A stretch of 64,000 nt of DNA from Candidatus Hydrogenedentota bacterium (GTDB lineage: Bacteria; Hydrogenedentota; Hydrogenedentia; Hydrogenedentales; SLHB01): NCBI GenBank assembly GCA_045863295.1, contig BTWA01000034.1, positions 517 through 64,516 of the forward strand, given 5' to 3'. The number at the start of each line of letters is the position of its first letter. The first letter of the stretch is position 1. Made by a program: the position numbers and the translations under genes. Shown piece after piece: positions 58,746-64,000 of this stretch. The notes below the pieces were generated by a model that did not search any database, was not told the origin of the DNA, and was given only the letters and a program-made list of their open reading frames with translations.

Positions 58746-59282
58746 ATGAAGAAGTTGAGCATTTGGGCACTGGCGGCGGCTTTGGCCATTGGCATCAGTG
58801 CCTGTACCCCAAAAACGGATACCACCACCGATTCGGCAGCCCCTGCGGACAGCACGGCCCCGGCCGATACAGCCGCTCCGGCAGATGCCGCTCCGGCCGA
58901 TACGGCTCCCGCCGAAACCCCGGCTCCGGCTGCGGCGGCCACGAAAGCCACCATCACGGCGAAAGTCGTGACCGCGGGCGACGGCTATGCGCTTGAAGTC
59001 GTGGATGCGAAGGGTGAAGACGGCGCGGCGATTGCCGATTGGGCCGGTGTGACCCTGACATTTGCCACGCCGGAAGACAGCAAGGGCATCGCAACCACAG
59101 CGGATTTGGCGGACAAGACGATTTCAGTGGTCGGCACCGTTGATGCCGCCGCCAAGACCATTGTCGTTGAAACGTACGAAGTGGCAGCCACGGATGCAGC
59201 CGGCGGCGCGGTGCAGATTAATGCCGACGAGTTCGCGGGATTTGATTTCTCGGCCAGCGGCAGCGCGAGCGGCAAGCGGTAA
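58746..59282 (+). CDS. Lipoprotein, APAD-repeat stalk plus small beta domain (paralog 2)
   Basis: Lipobox ISAC; APAD repeats; ATITAKVVTAGDGYALEV..WAGVTL..KTIVVE domain. Confidence 0.87.
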   Translation: MKKLSIWALAAALAIGISACTPKTDTTTDSAAPADSTAPADTAAPADAAPADTAPAETPAPAAAATKATITAKVVTAGDGYALEVVDAKGEDGAAIADWAGVTLTFATPEDSKGIATTADLADKTISVVGTVDAAAKTIVVETYEVAATDAAGGAVQINADEFAGFDFSASGSASGKR

Positions 59283-59313
59283 TCGCGCGGTAAACGGACC
59301 CATTCACGGTGTT

Positions 59314-59344
59314 GCCCCCGGCTTCGGCCGGGGGCTTTTTTATT
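59314..59344 (+). terminator. Rho-independent terminator
   Basis: GCCCCCGGC-TTCG-GCCGGGGGC followed by TTTTTT. Confidence 0.92.
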
Positions 59345-59357
59345 GGTACTTGTCAAA

Positions 59358-60170
59358 TCAGTTCGGTGCCAGAGGACCGTTCAAATCCGCCTCGTATTCC
59401 GGATCAATCCAGGCAATATCCTTAAGCGCATCGTACAGGGGGTCGAAGTCTTCGCCTCCATATCCGAGATGCAGGTGTCTGCGCCAACCCTCGGCAAAGG
59501 CGAATCGCCCGGACATACGGCCCACTTTCCGGGACATGTCATCCATCGTCGTGAGGTAACTGTCCAGTCCCTGGCTTACGTCGAGCCATTCCTTTTGGCT
59601 TTTGTGACACGCCAACGCATTGCGCTTCACGTCACGCACACTTTCCACATTGACATACAACCCCGCCCGTAACACGCGGCGCAAGGGATCGCGAAGGCCC
59701 CAGGGTAATGCGTGGTAAACGGCCATTTCCCCCACAACCGGCTGCACCGGGGGCTCGGTGATGAAATTGCGCATACCCCTGCAGAACGCGGCCGTCGCGG
59801 CAAGGCGCGCGGCATTCGTATGGTCCTCCATGTAATCCTGCGGCGACTGCAAAAGCAGAATGGAAGGATTGACCTCGCGCATCACGGCGCCCACGCGGCG
59901 GACGGTCGCCACATCGTACATGAGCCCCAAATCGTCCACGACCGGATCGTGAAAGTGCGCGCCAAACACCGAGGCCGCCTGCCAGCTTTCGGCGGTTCGC
60001 TGGCCGATGATGGCCTCACGCGTGGCCTTGTCGGTGCCCATCGAACCGTTGCACAGGTTCATGTAATGCAATTCGCATCCGGCACGGCCCAGGAGTGCGA
60101 ACGTGCCTCCCATCATCAATTCAATATCATCGGGATGAGCCGCTACGGCAAAGACAACAGGGCTGGACAT
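59358..60170 (-). CDS. PIG-L/LmbE-family deacetylase
   Basis: AAHPDDIE, DYMEDH, KRNALACHKSQ. Confidence 0.92.
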   Translation of the reverse strand: MSSPVVFAVAAHPDDIELMMGGTFALLGRAGCELHYMNLCNGSMGTDKATREAIIGQRTAESWQAASVFGAHFHDPVVDDLGLMYDVATVRRVGAVMREVNPSILLLQSPQDYMEDHTNAARLAATAAFCRGMRNFITEPPVQPVVGEMAVYHALPWGLRDPLRRVLRAGLYVNVESVRDVKRNALACHKSQKEWLDVSQGLDSYLTTMDDMSRKVGRMSGRFAFAEGWRRHLHLGYGGEDFDPLYDALKDIAWIDPEYEADLNGPLAPN

Positions 60171-60295
60171 CGGTGCGTTACTTCCCCCTTCAATGCTGAA
60201 GAAATATGTGAACCTGGAGACGATACCCGTTTGCCGCCTGACGGCGCAACGCAGGCAATCGTGCATTCCGCGGATGCGCTCCGTAAGATATCGCC

Positions 60296-61462
60296 ATGCC
60301 GGGTGAAGCCGCCGATAAACCGCGCGTTCTGATACTGCACAATTTCCTGTCGCCGTATCGCGTGCCACTTTTCAACGCCCTTTCCGAACTCGTCGAATTG
60401 GACGTGTGGTTTCTGGCTGACGTGAAGACCATTCGCGAATGGCCTTCGGAATATCCGGACGCGGCGTTCCGGCACGCCGTTCTGCCCAATAGAACACTGG
60501 GCTTTGGAAGCCGGTACGACGCAATCATCCTGAACCACACGTTGCCCTGGGCACTCGCGGCCCGCCGTTTCGATGCCATCATCGTATGCGGGTGGGCAGC
60601 CCCGGCCATGGTCTATGCAGGGCTGCACGCGTGGACGACGGGCACGCCGTTTATTGTATGGAGCGGCAGTACCCCAGGCGAGCCGAGTCCGGTGCGAACG
60701 GTTTCGCTGCCGATGGTGAAAGGGTTCGTGCGGCTGGCGCAATCGTGGATCGCGTACGGCACACGCGCGCGGGACTATCTTGTCGAATTGGGGGCAGAAA
60801 AAGAGAAGACGTACTGCGCGTACAACACGGTCGAGACGGAATGGTTTGCAAAAGAATCCGCCGAATCAACCGAGGCTGCCCAGACTATTCGCAATACGCT
60901 TGGACTGGGCGAAAAGCCGCTCGTGCTCTATTGCGGTAACCTGCTCGATCTCAAGGGCGTGCCCGACTTGATTCAGGCGTTTGGCGCGGCCGCTTCCGCG
61001 ATTCCCGATGTGCATCTGGTTCTGGCGGGGAGCGGAGAGGGACAAAGCCGCTACCAGACGATGTGCGTCGACCTGGGAATTGAATCGCGCGTTCACTTCG
61101 TCGGATTCATTGACCGCAGGCGGCTGCCCGCGTACTACGCGATGGCGGATGTGTTGGTAGTGCCGTCGCGTCGCGAAGTGTGGGGTCTCGTGATTAACGA
61201 AGCACTGGCATGCGGTGTGCCCGTCATTGCCTCCGACGCGGCGGGCGCGACGGCCGACCTGATTGAGGATCATGTCAATGGCCTCATTGTACCCAGCCGG
61301 AATCCGGACGCGATCGCCAAGGCTTTGCGCGTCTATTTCACCGAGGCGGAAGTGCGCGACCGGTTGAAAGCGGCGGCACGCACATCCGTGGCGCCGTTTA
61401 CGATCGCGCGCGCTGCGCAGGCCTTTGCGGATGCCGTCGCGGCCGCGCGGAGTTCCGCATGA
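60296..61462 (+). CDS. GT4-family glycosyltransferase
   Basis: SPYRVPLF, KGVPDLI, PSRREVWGLVINEALACGVPVIAS. Confidence 0.94.
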   Translation: MPGEAADKPRVLILHNFLSPYRVPLFNALSELVELDVWFLADVKTIREWPSEYPDAAFRHAVLPNRTLGFGSRYDAIILNHTLPWALAARRFDAIIVCGWAAPAMVYAGLHAWTTGTPFIVWSGSTPGEPSPVRTVSLPMVKGFVRLAQSWIAYGTRARDYLVELGAEKEKTYCAYNTVETEWFAKESAESTEAAQTIRNTLGLGEKPLVLYCGNLLDLKGVPDLIQAFGAAASAIPDVHLVLAGSGEGQSRYQTMCVDLGIESRVHFVGFIDRRRLPAYYAMADVLVVPSRREVWGLVINEALACGVPVIASDAAGATADLIEDHVNGLIVPSRNPDAIAKALRVYFTEAEVRDRLKAAARTSVAPFTIARAAQAFADAVAAARSSA

Positions 61463-62952
61463 ATTACACACGGCAGTATGTGTCTCATGCCGCGTCAACC
61501 GTGGCCACCGCCATCGTGACCGGGGCTCTGTTCTATGTGCTGCGAATCGTGCTTGCGCACTATCTTACTTTCGATCAGTACGGCTTGTTCTACGCGGTGT
61601 TTTCGTTCGCGGCTGTGTTCCAGCCGTTGTTGTCGTTTGGATTCGATCCGGGTTTGACGCCGTTCGTAACACGCTACCGCGAACTGCATCAGCCGTCGCG
61701 GATTCGCAACCTGTTGTTCAGCGCGCTCATTCCGCAATTGGCCGTTGCCGCTATATTCGTGGCGCTTATTTATGCCGTCGCGCCTGTGCTATCAGCCAAG
61801 TATTTCGGCAATACCCAGGCCGTGTCTCTGTTACATTGGATGGCGGTGCATGCGGCCGTGCTGGTGTTCTTCAAAGCCGGTCACCAACTACTCAACGGCC
61901 TTCAATCCGTTGGCGCGCGTAATCTCTCCGAATGCGTTCGCGTGGTGGCGTGTCTAGGCGTGGCCGGGGCACTGGTGCGCTCCGGGCAGGGCGCATCCGC
62001 CGCCGCGTTGGCGTATGTTGCCGGGGCGGCCGCAGGCGTGTTGGCGCAGGGCGTGGCTGCGGCGGTTTTGCATCCGCGCATCGTGTTTGCCCGGCCGCGG
62101 TGGGAGTCGAGCCTGGTCGGAGAAGCGTTTCAAAGCGGCAAGTATTTGAGCTGGGCCTTTAGCGGATTGCTGTTGTTCTCCCACCTTGACACGTTGTTGT
62201 TGACCGCATTGTTGCGCGACTTGAACGAAGTGGCTGCATATCAAATCGCCGTTCCCACGTGGATGATTGTCCAGAGCTTGCTGATCGCCGCGAGCCTCAG
62301 TTTTATGCCAATGGCAAAGACCCTGTGGCTGCGAGGCGAGCACGCCCGCCTGGCCAACGGGCTGACCACAATCTATCATGTGGCTGTTATTGTGCTGCTT
62401 CCCGGCGGCATGATCCTGGGATCTTTTTCCGACGTTCTTATCGGAATGTTGTTTCGGCGCGATACCGGATCCGCGCCGCTGGCGTTCTATGTGCTGTCCG
62501 TGGGGGCATTGCCCTTCTTCGCGGCCTATTTCAATTTGCATGTGCTCGCGGGAATCGGACGCGAAAAGGCCGCTGCCGTCGCAGTGACGTTGGGGCTGTT
62601 GGTCAACGTGCTGTTGAACCTTGCGCTGGTGCCGGAGTTCGGTGTGCGCGGAGCGGCCGCGGGCACCGTGATGGGCTATGCAGTCGCGGCGTGGATTGGA
62701 TACGCGGCCGTCATGCGTAACATGTCAGCCCGGCTGTCCAGCAACTTGATGGCGGCGTCGCTGGTCGTCACGCTGATCGTGGATATGTCATGCCGTTGGG
62801 TTCGGCAATCGCATTGGTTCGAAATGCATCCGGCGGCCACGGCGGCGGCGGCTGGCGCCGTGTTGCTGGTGGCGAGTCTGACTGTGTTGGACAGAATATC
62901 CGGCGGCACACTGGTAAGTACATGTCGCCAACTGCGAAGTAAAACCGGGTAA
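61459..62952 (+). CDS. Wzx/MOP-family polysaccharide flippase
   Basis: About 12-14 TM helices; LAHYLTFDQYGLF; NVLLNLALVPEFGVRGAAAGT; ATGA-coupled to GT4. Confidence 0.88.
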   Translation: MNYTRQYVSHAASTVATAIVTGALFYVLRIVLAHYLTFDQYGLFYAVFSFAAVFQPLLSFGFDPGLTPFVTRYRELHQPSRIRNLLFSALIPQLAVAAIFVALIYAVAPVLSAKYFGNTQAVSLLHWMAVHAAVLVFFKAGHQLLNGLQSVGARNLSECVRVVACLGVAGALVRSGQGASAAALAYVAGAAAGVLAQGVAAAVLHPRIVFARPRWESSLVGEAFQSGKYLSWAFSGLLLFSHLDTLLLTALLRDLNEVAAYQIAVPTWMIVQSLLIAASLSFMPMAKTLWLRGEHARLANGLTTIYHVAVIVLLPGGMILGSFSDVLIGMLFRRDTGSAPLAFYVLSVGALPFFAAYFNLHVLAGIGREKAAAVAVTLGLLVNVLLNLALVPEFGVRGAAAGTVMGYAVAAWIGYAAVMRNMSARLSSNLMAASLVVTLIVDMSCRWVRQSHWFEMHPAATAAAAGAVLLVASLTVLDRISGGTLVSTCRQLRSKTG

Positions 62953-62981
62953 CTCTCATTGGAAAAGGGGCATCACCGTCC

Positions 62982-63899
62982 ATGCGCGCAATCAAGGTAC
63001 TGGGCATCGTACTGCTTGTAGTCGTCTCGACACCCATGCTGCTCATTGCGGCCGCGGGCCTGACGAATGGGCGAACAGGTGTGCCCACGCAATTCCAGGG
63101 TAGCGCAATGCTCGCGAATCCGCCGAGTGCGTGGACGGAGGCCAGCACCGTCAAGGTGGTGACGTACAACGTTCACGATCTCAAGGTGGTCAGCGATCAC
63201 CGGCCGGAGCGAATGGCGGCTATTGCTGAATGGCTGGTGGGGCTCGATCCCGATATCGTCGGGTTTCAGGAAGCCTTTATCGAGAGTGACCGCGCAATTC
63301 TGGAAGGCGGGCTTATCAAAAGCAGACTAAAGCATTTTCAGTACTATCCAAGTGGCACCGTCGGCAGCGGATTATTCGTGGCGAGCGCTTATCCGATTCG
63401 CGAAACATGGTTCTGCCGCTACACGGCCAGCAACCCCTGGTACCGCTTGGATGAAGGCGACTGGTGGGCGGGCAAAGGCGTGGCGCTGGCGCGCATCGAG
63501 ACGCCGGGGGGACTGCTGGACTTCTTCAACACGCACGCGCAAGCGGGCTACGGAAATCCGGCGTATAAGCTTGTTCGGGAGCAGCAGATGGCAGATCTGG
63601 CGGCATTCGTGACAGGCTCGCGTGTGGATACCGTGCCCGCTCTGCTTGTCGGCGATATGAACTGCCGTATCGGCGACAAGGATTTCACAATCGCGGAACA
63701 AGGCGCCGGACTGGTTCGCTTGATGACCATGGACTCGCACATCGATCATGTGTTCGGTGTGAAGGATGCGCGCTACGCATTCGAAGTCTTGGACACGGTG
63801 AAGATAGAAGGGGAGATCGACGTGGAAGGCGGCAAATCCGAGCTAAGCGATCATCCCGGTTACATGTCCACGATTCGCATCACCCCCGTTGCGCCGTGA
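62982..63899 (+). CDS. Endonuclease/exonuclease/phosphatase (sphingomyelinase-like) family protein
   Basis: N-terminal TM; VTYNV, GFQEAF, GSGL, GKG, FNTH, GDMN, IDHV, LSDH. Confidence 0.9.
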   Translation: MRAIKVLGIVLLVVVSTPMLLIAAAGLTNGRTGVPTQFQGSAMLANPPSAWTEASTVKVVTYNVHDLKVVSDHRPERMAAIAEWLVGLDPDIVGFQEAFIESDRAILEGGLIKSRLKHFQYYPSGTVGSGLFVASAYPIRETWFCRYTASNPWYRLDEGDWWAGKGVALARIETPGGLLDFFNTHAQAGYGNPAYKLVREQQMADLAAFVTGSRVDTVPALLVGDMNCRIGDKDFTIAEQGAGLVRLMTMDSHIDHVFGVKDARYAFEVLDTVKIEGEIDVEGGKSELSDHPGYMSTIRITPVAP

Positions 63900-63912
63900 C
63901 GATTCCTAGCCT

Positions 63913-64000
63913 GCATTTTGCACCACGCTTAAAGTGTGCGTGGAAGACTGCAGTACAGTCTCCGAGGAAGACTGAAGTACAGTCTCCGAGGAAGACTGAA
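63913..64000 (+). repeat. Same REP/MITE-like element, copy 2, with at least three 24-bp units, truncated by window end
   Basis: GCATTTTGCACCACGCTTAAA..TGCGTGG as in copy 1; units GGAAGACTG[CA]AGTACAGTCTCCGA at 63942, 63966 and 63990 (partial). Confidence 0.9.

Noticed and set aside
57812-58957. 381-aa minus-strand ORF with AGA repeats
   Set aside because: Mirror of the low-complexity stalks of the two plus-strand lipoproteins, which have an RBS, lipobox and terminator
63942-64000. CRISPR array interpretation of the 24-bp palindromic repeats (also at 30958-31005)
   Set aside because: The units are directly adjacent with no unique spacers, and there are no cas genes in the window

Overview
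GC-rich (roughly 55-62% by eye) chromosomal window from a diderm bacterium. It is mostly housekeeping and metabolic genes: prpB/prpC, an Mla/MCE ABC system coupled to ligA, aroB, thiFGH-thiSE, rpoN, an RsbW/RsbV/PP2C partner-switching trio, ffh-rpsP-khpA-rimM-trmD-rplS, a YhaO/YhaN (SbcD/Rad50-like) pair and surface-glycan genes. I recognised no tRNA, rRNA, CRISPR array, transposase or integrase. The most interesting signals are: (1) a locus divergent from rpoN with back-to-back sigma70 promoters, a sigma54 -24/-12 site over the rpoN start site, and a translationally coupled MBL-hydrolase / PocR-AraC regulator / unannotated 50-aa Cys4 microprotein operon; (2) a small inverted-repeat-bounded element with a variable number of 24-bp hairpin units, present twice just after stop codons; (3) a lipoprotein ending in an isolated secretin C-terminal motif; (4) a tandem pair of paralogous Ala/Pro-stalk lipoproteins with a shared GSxSG[RK]R tail. 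All family assignments come from reading motifs by eye; no database searches were run. Many starts are moved downstream of the ORF-track start to the likelier codon.
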